Shown: positions 1 to 15,277, counted from the first letter of the stretch. The stretch is DNA of 64,000 bases from Octopus vulgaris (GCA_951406725.2 OX597816.1:168206001-168270000), one strand, 5' to 3'. Numbers and translations: made by a program. The notes: generated by a model not told the origin, from the sequence alone.

Positions 1-1051
1 TGCAGGTAAGCCTTCCCGTTAATCGGAAAGGAATCAAGTGTTCATTCATTAGTAATTGTTCAATCGGTGTATCGTAGATATTAGTCCTCCCGTCAATCGG
101 GGGCAGTAAACAAATATTCATTCTCTAGTATGTTCCCATGAGTTGGAAAAAATCAGTACATTAAGGTAGAAGTCCTTCTGTCGATGAGTGCTAATTTCTG
201 ATCAAAGTCCTGTCTGGCTGAAGCTCATCTAACCTGCTTGCCACCCAGTCTACTCGACTACTGGCCTTTCTATTTTAAAACTCGCACTTCACTGCCCGGG
301 CCGCGTGTATCCTTCCGCGACCAGCAGTGATTGGTTAGTTTAAGCAAAACGACTAAATTAAGCTACCATCGCAAGTTAGTACTAATATGACTTGCTACAA
401 GTTAAAAAATATTATTAAACAATCTGGCCGTCAAGCTGAATAGATCTGCACAGGACACCACAGAACGTAAACAACATGCTGTAATTCTTTTTATCTCCAC
501 TAACACCCCCCCTTGGTTTTTTTCTCTCTCATCCTTTCTCTGATTCTTTTCCTCTCCCTTCGCCGTTCTCTGTCTGTCCCACTCTCTCCCTCACTCTTCC
601 GCCTTTGCTCTCCCTTTGTTCGCAAGTCATCATCGGCCATCTTTCTTTTCCTAATTTGAATTTCTTTCTTTCTCTCCGATCAGCCACAGGGACAAGACGC
701 ATTTTTTATTGTCTCCTGTCAGAGCTTGTTCCTCCGCGTTCACCAACTCAACTCGTTCAGACTTAGCAGCCCTTCCTGTTTGTTTTCACTGTCCTGTTTT
801 TGTTACTTCCGCAAAATCCCAAATTTTATTTAATTTGCTTTGCGGGAGCAATTGTTTTGTCGAAAACGTATCTTGTCATTAATTGCTCGAAATACGAAGT
901 AGAAAAACAGCCGACAACTGATGAAGGGTTATTTTTTTATGTTGCTTGTCTTGTTTTCTATTTGTTTCCTTTGTTGTTCGGAAAAAAGTTCGTATTCCAT
1001 GGTTTCGTATTTCATGTTGTTTACATTCTGTGGTGTCTTGTGCCCATATAT

Positions 1052-1052
<1 letters not shown>

Positions 1053-1144
<92 letters not shown>
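1053..1144. repeat. (CA)n(TA)n compound microsatellite
   Basis: Directly visible; source of the HTHT/YIYI pseudo-ORFs at 800-1309. Confidence 0.95.
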
Positions 1145-1150
<6 letters not shown>

Positions 1151-2429
1151 TATGTATGTATATATATATTCATATATTATTTATGTTATTTTATGACTGA
1201 ACGCCAAGCATCCATTTCCAAGTATATATATATATACTTGTGTGTGTCTGTGTGTTTGCTAGTGTGTTTTTTTTTTAGTTTTTGTTTACTTATACACATC
1301 AGCGAATGAGCAAAAGAAGTACTCTCTGTATAGTTGTTCAATTTGCTAGAAATAACAGCCAAATCCCCCTCTTGTTAGTATTAAGGAAAGGGAAAATATT
1401 TACTCCTCTTCATTATTACGATTAAAATTAATACTTTTGATTTTGTTTGGCTCTATGAATTTAATTTTTTTAATGCTTTTGTCCGTTGCTTGATACAAGA
1501 AATTGGAAAATCTTGACCGAAACAGAGAAATTCTAACATACCAAAAAATATAGAAAGAGACAGAGAAAGTTCTGTTTCCCAAAGTCAAAAGATATGTTTT
1601 TAGCTGGGTGTAATTTTATAATTAAAAAAATTTTTTAATTTAAATTTCAGAACATAAGACTTACCACATTATCTGGTGTATAGCCGCTGTTCAAATGGCT
1701 ACAAAACCTAAAATAAATGTGTGTGTGTATGTGTGTGGTTAGCTCTTTAATAGCCAGGGGTCAATTTAAGTTCAATCGCAGAAAGGAATTCAAAAAGACA
1801 ACATACGCAATTATAAACATACAAACATACTCATACGTACACGCACATACACAAATACATACCTATCAGCCGCTCCCAAACGCCAGTTTGATCCAAAATT
1901 CTGACCACCATTCTTTATATACAAACACACACACATTCAGCTTTTCACTTTTATTTATTACTTTTTTTAATCGTCTATTGCTACTCATCTGCTTTTAGTT
2001 TTGTTTTAGTTTTGGGGATTTTCACTTGGTGCTAGGAATTTGCTTCGTGTCATCAAAATGGAAAAATTGTTTTTGAAAATTTGAAACAAAAAGGCATGGT
2101 TTTTTTTGACTTCTCAGAGATGGTTACTACTCGTTAATTTCAAATTAAACTTACCAAAGATGAGGGTCTTCCAGCGCTCCCCCCAAGTCTCTTAAAACCC
2201 CCTTTCTAGTGTCCCTTTGCTCCAAAACGACCCCTTCGAGCTCCAAATTCCCCCACCCCATCCTGTCTAGAGCTACAAAAAAATCATCTAATTATTTTTG
2301 TGGGAAAAACTGCTACTGGTGATATGAAATTAAAGGCCCTCCTTGAGTATCTTGAGAATCCAAAAAGCAGTAATTTACAGACCTTTTCTGTTTGGCTTTC
2401 ACTTTTCAATTCCTTTTATTTCGTTTAAA

Positions 2430-2940
2430 TTCATTTTAAATTTGGTGTATTAATATATGCTAATTATGGAACAAAAATTCAATTTTTTGTCCTAAATTAA
2501 TAAATAAAATGTTAATAGCTTTTAAAGTTTGCAAATTTTGGATAATTTTAACGAATCATAAGCCAGACACATTGGTGCCTGTTTCCACAGTAACAAGCCA
2601 AGCTGTTGCCTGCTTAAAGCTACTGTACTTATATTCTGAACTTTTGTTGTTGAGTTCTCGCTACAAAAATGTATTAACTTTTTTTCTAAATTTGGTATAT
2701 TGATGTAATTTTTCACGCTGAATCTGATTTTGTTATTCGAATGTTCCAGAAAATTTTTAGTAAAATGCCAGTTTCCAAATGTTGTTTTCTGATTGGGTAA
2801 AAGTAATCAAACTTTACACCTCTCTAACACTTTTCTAAAATGTTTCTGGAGCAAGTGAATAACAACACCAGATTCAGCGTAAAAAATAACATTAATATAC
2901 CAAATTTGAAAATCTTCACCTAATTTTAAACTTTCAAAAT
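2430..2940. mobile_element. Non-autonomous DNA-transposon-like repeat with an internal ~80-bp inverted repeat
   Basis: 2688-2767 is an imperfect reverse complement of 2828-2907. The 2430-2600 segment recurs diverged at ~30900-31400 and inverted at ~40470-40610. Confidence 0.6.
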
Positions 2941-3059
2941 GTAGAAAAGATCCTAATAGTATAGCCAAGTAGAAAAGTTCCGAATTTACTTATTTGCTCT
3001 CGTCATCCAAATTTAATTGCTGTACACATATGAAATTTATATGGCTTCAACCTAAGATT

Positions 3060-3373
3060 TTTAGACACTTGTTGACACAATCTCCTGCTTATGGGAGACT
3101 GCTGCACTAGTTTACGTGTTGACTTCTTTTGACTTCGAATAACCCTTTGATGAATGTTCTGAATAACTTCCGATATTTGAATTGTAGGGCGTCTTTATTT
3201 TGAAGCATTGTGCACTGGCGCCATAGTGCACCACTTCTTAATCAACATTTGTATCGTTCTGGTAAACCTTTACTCAGAAACTTGACTTCAAAAATTTCCT
3301 GTGTTTGCTTAACAGTACCTGTTCTGAAATACGTTTCCACGATCTCCACTCCTTCCACTGTGGAGTTCGTCAT
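3060..3373 (-). pseudogene. Tc1/mariner-superfamily transposase N-terminal HTH remnant (DUF4817-like)
   Basis: Minus-strand translation MTNSTVEGVEIVETYFRTGTVKQTQEIFEVKF... followed by stops. Confidence 0.55.
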
Positions 3374-3573
3374 CTTGCAGAAAAACTAGAGATGTTCACT
3401 CAATGCAGTCATTCAATCAACTAATGTGGTGAGAATAAAGTTGCAAATAGTCGACTAGTGTCAAAATAACACAATGACACTTGAAAACGAAAGGCTGGGT
3501 GCGTGTAAATTTATTTCTACATTTACATTATGCTACAGAAACCAGACAACTTTTTCGTGGGCTACTCTATATA

Positions 3574-3790
3574 TATTTCTTTATTGCTCACAAGGGGCTA
3601 AACATAGAGGGGACAAACAAGGGATTAAGTCGATTACATCGACCCCAGTGCGAAACTGGTACTTAATTTATCGACCCCAAAAGGATGAAAGGCTAAGTCG
3701 ACCTCGACGGAATTTGAACCCAGAGCGTAACGACAGACGAAATACCGCTAAGCATTTTGCCCGGCGTGCTAACGACTCTGCCCGCTCGCC
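3574..3790 (-). mobile_element. tRNA-derived SINE, family A
   Basis: Reverse complement of the copy at 61885-62117, with tRNA-like head and central GCCTTTCATCCTTT-GGGGTCGATAAA domain. Confidence 0.9.
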
Positions 3791-4564
3791 AAATATTCTT
3801 CCTTCGTGGTAACAGGTGGAATTGAGATAAAATTTGACAATAATGTTTATTTATTTATTTATTTGTTTTATATCAGCTGCCATCATTTAAAAACTCAGTT
3901 CAACCAGAGATGCGATGTAAATCTGAATGGAAAAGCAATTTTCAGAGTCGTTATGGCTCATAACGCTAATTGTTGAACGCCTTTTCTCACTTAAGAATGT
4001 TCAGTAGACAATGAAATGAGTTGAATGTGACTATAATAGCGGTTATGTTACAATGTAAATGAAATCTAAGAAAAAAAAAGCCAAGCCATTGGTGGAACTT
4101 AACTGAAAGTAAGCTATTTAAATACTCGTATTTTACTTATTAATTTATTTTTTTGCAAGTAATTTTGTGAAATCAGTCAATACTAATCCAAACTTGTTTT
4201 GGTATATACATATAAATTAAAGTTCATGTGAATTCAAGTGTCAAGACATACTGTATTTGTGTTTACAAATCATGGCAATCCTAAATACTAATAGAGTAAT
4301 TATAGAAAAGTTCCTATTTATGGAACAGCTGAAAATTAAAACAATTCATATAGTTGAGTACATTTTTTAGTAATGAAAATGTACTTCTTATAAAGGATTT
4401 TTACTTGTACAACTAATGGAAACCTACAACGATTGGGCACTATCAAGGATAGAAGTAATGCTAGACATTATAATTCACAGCATCATTTGCTGGTGGTACT
4501 TAACTGCAAGACGGTTCAGTGGTAGACTAAATAAAGTTTTGCAGAATGTTATTAAATCAGTAAA

Positions 4565-4953
4565 TATAGGGTTTCCTGACCAACTTTAGATTTGTACTGA
4601 CCAATATTACTGATTTTTACCGACCAATATTTGAGTTGTACTGATCAATTTTAGATTTTTACCAACCAATTTTAGAAAATTTACTGATCAACTTCAGAAT
4701 TATTATTTTGATAGATATTTCTAAATACAATATCTTGAACCCAAATATATATTTTTAATATGTACACTTATAATCAAGAATTTTACCACTATATTACCAT
4801 TATATCAATTGAAGATTTTTTGAACGAAATTGCTTATATATATATATATTTTATTGACAATATATATAGATGGATAGATAATAAAAACGATGCAAAACAA
4901 TAAAATATTTCTATTTGAGAAGTTCTATAAAATCCAAATAAAGTTTATTCAAA

Positions 4954-5003
<50 letters not shown>

Positions 5004-5380
5004 ATATATAAACGGCAGTTTGTCTGTGCGTGTTTCTGTGTGTCTGTTTTCTCGTACCCTCACCCTGACCACGGCTTTCAACCGATTCTGATGAAACTTG
5101 ACACACGCATAGCCCAATGTCATAATTCAAAACTAACGCAGCGAAAATTTTGAAAAGTTCCCCCAGTTCTGAAAAAAATCGATAAATTCGACATGGGGTC
5201 GAGAATAAAAAAAAACAAACCACAGACTGTCTAGGGGACGCAACTCAACCTTTTTTACTCTCAAAAAAAATTTACCATCATTTTTTTTTCCATTTTTTTG
5301 CTATTTTTTGGCTATAACTCTCTAAAGATGCTTTATAGTTATTTCCCTTACAAACCTGAGCAACGCCGGGCGATACTGCT

Positions 5381-5457
<77 letters not shown>

Positions 5458-5789
5458 CTTTATTCATTAATGATCTACTTCTCTGAAGAACAAATATAGC
5501 CTAACATTTTTCTATAAAATGAATTGCAATGTTTTTTAGTAATTTTGTTGAATTTGTTTGATATTAAATCCTTTAATTTATTTTCATTTCATGCATTAGA
5601 ACGCAAGACCAGTGGTAAAATTCCTGATTATAAGAGTACATATTAAAAATATTTGGGTTCAAGATACTTTATTTAGAAATATATATCAAAAACATTATTC
5701 TGAAGTTGATTTTTTTTTTTGTCTAAAATTGTTCGGTACAAATCTAAAATTGATTAGTACAAATCTAAAATTGGCTAGGAAACCCTATA
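4565..5789. mobile_element. MITE/foldback element with ~180-225-bp TIRs
   Basis: Ends TATAGGGTTTCCT and AGGAAACCCTATA. 4565-4790 is inverted relative to 5611-5789. The TIRs contain ~21-22-bp tandem subrepeats (ccaattttagatttgtactga). Confidence 0.8.
4999..5382 (+). mobile_element. Non-autonomous Helitron-like element nested in (TA)n inside the MITE
   Basis: 5' TC(TC)TATATATAAA start, 3' imperfect GC hairpin cctgagcaacgccggg, then CTAG at 5379-5382. No TSD. Confidence 0.75.
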
Positions 5790-6199
5790 AAATGAAAGCT
5801 TATATGTTGAATAGTCACATTTTTCAGAGTCTCATGTCTATGTGCACTGTACAGATGTTCAATGGTCAATTTTATCATGTAATCTTGACTGTTCTCTTCG
5901 GGAATTTATTTAAGATCACGTGATGAGGAAATGTTAAGTGTACTTGAAAATCAATGGGTTGACATAACTTTTGAGCATTTTGAGATGAACATCAAATTGT
6001 TGGCAAACAATATGAACTTTGATAAAAGCAAAGGGATACCCATAAATTCTTTAATCAGAAAAATCACATTTTGCAAAAATAACATTTCCACACAGGAATT
6101 TCTTAGACCTTTTGAGTATACAACTAATAAAAGAACATAATGAGAGTGATTTGATATTAGATTTACATCTAGAAAGTTATTTTTGCCATCTTCAGGCAC

Positions 6200-7130
6200 T
6201 GAAAGATAATGTGATGACTAGATTTTGAATTCCATAAGGAATTCCATGAAGAATTTGCAAATATTAAATTCAGTTTCAAAACAATTGCCCTCCACAAATC
6301 AATGATCTACAAGCCTTCAAAATGACCTCTTCAATATGATAAAAAGGTAAAGTGTTAAGAACATTCTTAAGCTTTCAAGACACTTTGCTTAAAGGGCTGA
6401 TGGATTTCTGTAACTCTACATATTATGTATTCTATCTGATAAAACAAAAAACTTGTTGATAAATACATGTAACATACGACCTGTCTCCAGCAATATTAGA
6501 AAAAAATATAGGAAAGTTCATTAATATGTGATAAGATAGAATGCTTAGCTGTCTGTCTGCATCTCATTTCTTTAAAAGACCATAAACTTAATTTCTTAAC
6601 TGAACCTAAAATGCTAACTTATTAATCCTGCTAAGAACAAACTAGGTAAGGATAGCAAGTATAAACTAGATTCAACCAATAATAGCATTTGTGTACTTCT
6701 AACCTGCTACCTCTGGAATAATAGTTATCCAGTGATTAATTGGTCCTATCACATACATGTCATTAAATTAATGTAATTTGACATAGTACAATTTTGCCTC
6801 TCTATTATCAGCCAATATCTCTGCATGAAAGTATTACATTTCAACTATATATACACACCAATTTACTGACTTAGATATTAATATTATAATGCATACCAGA
6901 AAATTTTCTTTTCCTTTGGTGACTTGTTCTGGGTTAAAAGGAATTGTGCAGAACATTTCTTTGCTGTTTTGATGCAGATGAGGCTTGTAACTTAATCAGG
7001 CTATTTGGTTTAAAAGAGCATTCTGCCTACATTTAATTTAGCCTACAGAGTAGGCTGTTTAATTAAAGTAAAAAATGGTTACCAATTACAGAAACTTAGG
7101 AAAAGCTGAGCTATATGTACAGGTGATCAT
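6200..7130 (+). pseudogene. Penelope-like element reverse transcriptase remnant
   Basis: Broken frames give LKDHKLNFLTEPK/C*LINPAKNKLGK (~6572-6650), LWNNSYPVINW (~6711) and FDIVQFCLSI (~6777), matching PLE RT motifs. Confidence 0.7.
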
Positions 7131-8095
7131 GGTATTTTTATTGTGTTTTTATGGTAGGCATCAATGATTATGGAAATGATGTTGTAACTGATAAAATTCA
7201 TCATTGCTGGGTTTTAAATTTGATCAACTGTTATGTTCATCGACCAGTAACTGTTCCTAAAATATTATTGTATTAGTCTATTAATTTTTCATTTGTATTT
7301 TGTTAATAATAATATTTCCTTAGCTAATCTCTTACTTTTTGTGTGTATGGAATTTTATCTATGGTGGTAGAATTGTCTTTCTAACTAGTTTTTGTTTCAT
7401 GTTAAATAGTAAGTTTTCCTATTACAGTTTTTTTTTTTGGTGATAGTCTTATGATAGTTCATGATTAAGTTTAACACATGGTGTATTTTGTTTTAGAAGT
7501 TTTTTTAATAACATACATACTATATGTATTTAGTTCATGTAGCATACGTTATGGTTTTGCTGTTTTTTCTATAGGCAATTGCATATGGGTTTCTATGGTT
7601 TACAAGGCAGAGAAATTGGTGTGGCCTCGAATTTCACATGCATAAAAACATAAATGTTTATAATGGGAGAAGGAGATACTCCATAGTTATCATAAACCTT
7701 CCATTCCATTATAAAATCCAATTTGTAACATCCGTGTGAAGCGAGGTGATGAGAATGGCTCATTAGTACATCAGACAGTCGATACATATCAACCAAATTT
7801 TTTTTTATTTCTATCCACTAATGATACAGACCAGAAATAACACAATAAAATAAGACAAGAAATTTTTTATTGTGACAGTATAAATTTTTTTTGTTGACAT
7901 TTTGTTCACTATCTAGAATTGCTATACTGCTTAATCACATTGGACTCATTGTATTCTTCAGTTATGTTTTCATTTATCTTAGGTCACTGAAGAAGTGTTT
8001 TGCAAATAATATAGCAGTAAAATCAGAAATTGTGCAGAAAAAGCAATTCAGTTGAAGACTGGAAATAATCTATGAAGATTGTAAGCTCAGGCAAT

Positions 8096-8983
8096 GGATC
8101 TTTTCAATTCTGAAGCCAGGACCACAGATCTTTCTACTTAACTAAATATTCTGAAACTTCGTATGCTGATAGAGTCTAGCAAAACAAGACACAGGTTGGA
8201 ACTAGTTTATTTGAAAAATCTATTTTATGACTTTAATCGTAGATTAAAACTGCGAATTTTAACATCAATCAGATTGTTTGTTTTCATGTGTAAAACTTGA
8301 CTGCATTCTATTAGTGTGACGTAGAAAGCGCTTTTGTGACGTACTAACGTTCGGAAAACTGTAAACAAACACAGAACGTAACGGCAGACGAAATACGGCT
8401 ACGCATTTCGCCCGGCGTGCTAACGTTTCTGCCAGCTCTTTGCTTTTTTAATATTAAATTTCTTGCCTTTTGCACAAATAAATACAATAAGTGAAATGAA
8501 ACGCATTAGCTTAGAAACGAAATCTTGTTAGAAGCGTCGTCACTGAGATGCCACTTCTTAATAGCAAACGAAAGCAAGTACTAACAGAATGGAAACATTT
8601 TCAATTTAATACATGTGGCTTATTAACTAGTTTTAAATATTGTTATTAGAAGGTGGCTGACTATAGGATCCTGGAAACATGAGTACGTTAAATAATTAGA
8701 AGGAGATTTCACGGAGACATGCGGCTTGTTTACATTTAAGATGTTTAATACGTCACCAAATTGGTGGTCGAGACGGAGTAAATAAAATAAAGCCGAATGA
8801 CGGAATATCATTGGTTAAAATTCTAATTATTAAACAACGTTAAACTTAGAAGTTACAATTCCGTTTTCATTCTGGTTTACAATTAAGTTTACTTTTGACA
8901 CATTCTACCAGTATACGAAGTTTCAAATTGTTTGGTTCAGTAGGAAAAATTTGAAAAAACTGGCTTCAGAATTGAAAAGATCC
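8096..8983 (+). mobile_element. MITE with TIR GGATCTTTTCAATTCTGAAGCCAG, carrying a SINE-A head fragment
   Basis: 24-bp perfect TIR at 8096-8119 and 8960-8983, extending imperfectly to ~80 bp. 8370-8437 is the reverse complement of the SINE A 5' end. Confidence 0.85.
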
Positions 8984-9282
8984 CACAAAAGCGCTTTCTA
9001 CGTCACACTAATAGAATGCAGTCAAGTTTTACACATGAAAACAAACAATCTGATTGGTTAAAATTCGCAGTTTTAATCTACGATTAAAGTCATAAAATAG
9101 ATTTTTCTCAAATAAACTAGTTCCAACCTGTGTCTTGTTTTGCTAGACTCTATCAGCATACGAAGTTTCAGAATATTTAGTTAAGTAGAAAGATCTGTGG
9201 TCCTGGCTTCAGAATTGAAAAGATCCCTTTTGTGACGTACTAACGTTCGGAAAACTGTAAACAAACACAGAACGTAACGGCA
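8984..9282. repeat. Rearranged second copy of the same MITE (inverted left end plus direct continuation)
   Basis: 8984-9226 is the reverse complement of 8096-8338. 9227-9282 repeats 8331-8386. Confidence 0.9.
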
Positions 9283-11716
9283 ATTATTTAGTTTTGTACC
9301 TAAACTTCCAATTCTAAAAAAAATCATTTTCAAAAGTGAAGTTAACAGTACACTGACAAGATAAGAGAAGGAGAGAGAGAAAAAAAACAAGGAATATAAT
9401 GAAGTAGGAAGACATCTTGATCTCGTCTGTCAAAGATCAGAAAGCAAATTTATACAGTAAAAGAAAGCAAATTTATACACCAGTAACATTTTACATCCTG
9501 TGATAAAGCTGTGAAAGAATAGAAAAATTGATCATGAGAGTAGGAAAAGATGTTTTCCTTGCAAGGTCAGCCTTGACATTCATGCTTCTGGGGTCGATGA
9601 AATAGTTCAAATAAAGTACTGATGTCAATTGTACATATACCCCTTCACACAAATTGTACCCCCCCCCCCATATACACAGACCCCAAAACACATAAATTAC
9701 ACACCACACGCTAACATAACCCCACCCCCGACTTCTTCCTTTACAGAAAGAAAACAGACCAATGAACACAGCTGTATATACCTGCGCCCCCCCCCCCCCC
9801 CGAAAAGATTATACATATGACACTGCTATACATACCACACATCCTATCCCCACAGGAGCACACATTAATAATACACACTTTCCCCACTTCAAGATAACTC
9901 CTGTCAGTTTCACTGCATACCCAACCAAAGGACATAACTCCTAAACTAATCCCCTGGCCCCTTTTCATTCCACCTCGCTTTTCACAGCAACAACTGACCA
10001 TTTGTGTTAATCCACCTCAGACTAAAGAGAGGAGGTACCATCTTTACCAGCTGGCTATTGACACATGATCTGTGTCCGTAGATCATATGTCAGTAGCCAG
10101 CTGGAAAAGATGTTTTCCTGAGGTTCCCATGTAGGACTGCCAGGTTGCATTGGCAAATAGACTTTACTGTACAGTACTGTTACGACATATTTCTCACTCA
10201 GAGATTTAAAACTTGTCGTTTTTCTCTTTACGAGATCAGCGACTGTGTGTCTCTTTAAAATGATATACTGTCAGCAAGAGCGAATGGCCATTATCTCTAG
10301 CCAGTGGTTGTTCTGTACAGAGGAAGGGAAATTAGTCAGAAAACGTAGGTCTACAGGTATCGCTACAGCTAGAAAGGGAGCAGTAGACTCCCATGCTCAC
10401 AGTATACGGACCCGGATCATGTGTTGGTAGCCAGCTGGAAAAGATGTTTTCCTGGGGCTAGAAAGTAATAACATCATCCTACATAGAACTGCCACATTCC
10501 GTTGGCAAATAAACTTTATATACGTGTGTGTGTGTGTGTGTCTAAAAGTTGTTTTATTTAAATAAAGATTTGACTCCAACGTAACCATACATATATATAT
10601 GAAATAAGTAAATTTATATAAGATTATTAGAAAATATACAGTAAATAGTAGTTATTTTAATTTATAGAATTTTGAGTATAATTTATCGTTGTTAATTCTG
10701 AATTTTAGGTTTATAGTGAAAGATATTATAGTGTATAGTGATTCTATTCTCTATTAGTGACTATGTTCTCTTTATCTATTAAAGCTAAAATATATTTGTA
10801 GTTTTCATTGATAAATGCATATTTCCATCTGTTTGTTCTATTTCTGTTAATAACGTAATTCCACGAGTTTTCTTATAAACGTTTTCCGTTTTGAAATTTT
10901 AGTTAATGACAAGCTGTTCGAGAAATAAGTAAACATTTTTATTTAAGAAATATTATTGTATTCTATATAACTATTGATTGTTAAATTTGAATTTATAATT
11001 ATTTTAGTTGTTAATGATAATTTAGATATGTACATTTATTTAATTATTATTAGCGCATAATTATTATAACTGAACGTAAATTTTAAGATATTAGTCACTT
11101 TGTGATATAGATCGTAAAATTGTTTTAGAAAATAGTGTTGATTATAGTAATAACAAGTATTTTATAAGATAGGTTATACATTTTTAATTTGAATTTTTCA
11201 ATTCTTAAATTGTATTTCATAAATATATTCTATAGATATCTATAATATTTTGTAAGTAATAATGGGCTAATTTATTTTTGGTTATATGTTTATACATTTA
11301 TTGATAGAGAAAATTTTAGATTTTTAATTACTATATTTGTTGATTATAATTTAGATACTTATATCTATGTATTTATCATTTTATAATTACTATATGTGAA
11401 CTTAAATCTAAAAATATTAATAGTGATTATTTTGTTAAATAATTTGGTAATTAAATATTGGAGTATAACTGAGTTAAAGATATTCGATAGTTTATTAATT
11501 TTTTTTAAGTCAAATTATATCTTCACAGATAAATACATATTCCTTTTTTTTATATACCTTAAATATTAAATATTTAACATAATAAATGTGTTGTAGGAAA
11601 TAATCCTAATGTTTTAAGTTTCAAATTTAGTTAATAGAGATTTTTGTAAAAGAAAAATTATTAATTTTATTTATTTTTTAAATAAATATTGTTTAACTCT
11701 ATTTGCTTATATATTT

Positions 11717-11816
11717 AACCTGAAGATTGACTATAATTTTAAATCGAATTTATTTCAATTGAATTTAAACTTAATTGTAATTCGAATTTAATTGTAGCCA
11801 TGAAACGTACGTAGTT
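11717..11816 (+). ncRNA. Type I hammerhead ribozyme motif (minimal stems I and III, long stem II)
   Basis: AAC-CTGAAGA-[TTGACTATAATT...AATTGTAGCCAT]-GAAA-CGTACG-TA^GTT; predicted cleavage after A11813. Confidence 0.65.
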
Positions 11817-11864
11817 TTTTTCTTATATATTAATCATTCATTTCTATACTTTTTGAGATCTACT

Positions 11865-13442
<1,578 letters not shown>

Positions 13443-15088
13443 CGGCCAGAATGTTCAGAACGGCATTGTTTTCGTCTGAAAAGTAGGTATAAGTTTTTAT
13501 CAAAGTTGTTTTATATTCTATAATTTTCACAGACAATTAATACGATATTATTTGTTATTGTCTGAGATTTTGGTATAATTTGAGAAGATAATACAAAAGT
13601 TATGGATGATTTAGTGATTTACTGCAAAACCCATGGCGGTTAAAATGATCAGAACGGTTGCTTTTACTCCATGTTTTAGTATATTTAACCGTCGAACTCT
13701 AATGTTTTGAATTTGTATACGTGATAGTTCGTTTACTAAACATTAGTAAGAATATCTGCAGTGTACTTTGTTAATATAATGCCACTTACTCCGTTACCAA
13801 TTCGTCAGCAGATTATTAAGCTTCGAAAGAAGGATAATTTAAGTATTGGGTCTATTGCAAAGATTGTTAACAAGTCAAAAAGTGTTGTTCACGGTATTCT
13901 TAAGGTCTACGATGATTGTGGTTCGTGTGAAGCAAGAAAGTCTACAGGTAGGCCAAGAAAAATGACCAAGAGAGAAGATCGTGCTATGGTAAAGTTGGTT
14001 AAAAGTGTTAGATTTAAAACTGCTGCTGCTGTTTCTCGGGAAATGAGCATTGTACTGAAGAAAACTTTATCTCGAAAAACTGTGTCTCGTCGTTTAGTTG
14101 AACATGACCTACAAGCAAGAGCACCTGCAGTGAAGCCACTGATCAGCTCCAAGAATAAAAAATGTCATCTTACCTTTGCAACCGAACATGTGTTGTGGTC
14201 TCAAGAAAAATGGCAAACGGTGCATTTCAGTGATGAATCTAAGTCTATGTTATTTGGCTCAGATGGGAAAAGGTACTTTTATCGAAAAGCAGGTGAAAAA
14301 TTGTCGCCTAAATGCCTTAAGACTAGTGTTAAATTCGGTGGAGGAAGTGTCATGGTTTAGGGGATGATATCTGGAGATGGTGTGGGCCCTTTGCTGCGAT
14401 TACATGAAAAGGTAAATGCAGGAGTTTATAAACAACTTGTAAAAGATCATGTCTTGCCTGTGCTGAGAAATTCAACTAAGCGAATCACCCATATTCATGC
14501 AGGACAATGCCCCATGTCACAAGGCTAAGGCGGTCATGAACTTCCTCGAGGCTGAAAAGGTTATTGTTATGGATTGGCCTGCTCAAAGCCCAGATCTCAA
14601 TCCTATTGAAAACATGTGCTGGAGTCGGAAAGACAACATCCAGGTCTTCTGGAGAACGTTCGAAAGCCAGAAATCCTAAAACACCCGAGCAATTATGGAA
14701 TGCCCTTCAGGAAGAATGGAATAAGATCACCCAGCAAGAAATTGAAAATTTAATTTCCTCATGCAGTCAAAGATGTCAAAGTTTGATTGAAGCTAAAGGG
14801 CTTCACACTAAATATGAAATAATTCCGGCATTCTCTGTCATTTTTGATTATTTTGTTATTTTTTCAACCGTTCTGATCATTTTGGCCACCATGGGCTTTA
14901 CAGTAAATCACTAAATCATGCATAACTTTTGTATTATCCACTCAAATTACACCAAAATCTCAGACAATACCAATTAATATTGTATTTATTGTCTGTGAAA
15001 ATTATAGAATATAAAACAACTTTGATAAAAACTTATATCTACTTTTCTGACGAAAACAATGCCGTTCTGAACATTTTGGCCGCAACTG
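13443..15088 (+). mobile_element. Tc1-family DNA transposon, IR/DR-type ~220-bp TIRs, defective
   Basis: TIRs at 13443-13660 and 14863-15088, each with outer and inner GG(CC/TT)AAAATG(T/A)TCAGAACGG direct repeats. The right end CAACTG is followed by TA. The outermost ~6 bp of the left TIR are lost. Confidence 0.95.
13779..14818 (+). pseudogene. DD34E Tc1 transposase pseudogene
   Basis: MPLTPLPIRQQII...GRPRK...HFSDESK...GGGSVMV*G (TGG to TAG at 14358), frameshift, QDNAPCH...SPDLNPIE (34 residues between D and E), second frameshift, ...GLHTKY. Confidence 0.93.
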
Positions 15089-15093
15089 TATAT

Positions 15094-15137
<44 letters not shown>

Positions 15138-15142
15138 GTATA

Positions 15143-15177
<35 letters not shown>

Positions 15178-15277
15178 TTGAAAAGATTTGTAGAGATAAC
15201 GCACGAGTAAATAGATATTTATGAAAAACAAGAACGAAAATGCTACTTTCTTAAAATTGGGTACATTTTAATTTTTC

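Noticed and set aside
856-930. Type II hammerhead-like arrangement GAAA-ACGTA-TC-TTGTC...GACAA-CTGATGA
   Set aside because: Stem I pairs, but stem II does not and stem III is imperfect. Worth rechecking only on a family consensus.
4571-4695. Short regularly spaced repeats (also 39766-40083 and 51004-51149) as possible CRISPR arrays
   Set aside because: Head-to-tail tandem repeats without unique spacers, in a eukaryotic context with no cas genes.
7575-7796. 67-aa minus ORF and a plus-strand acceptor-like site
   Set aside because: No recognisable domain and no consistent splice-site pair.
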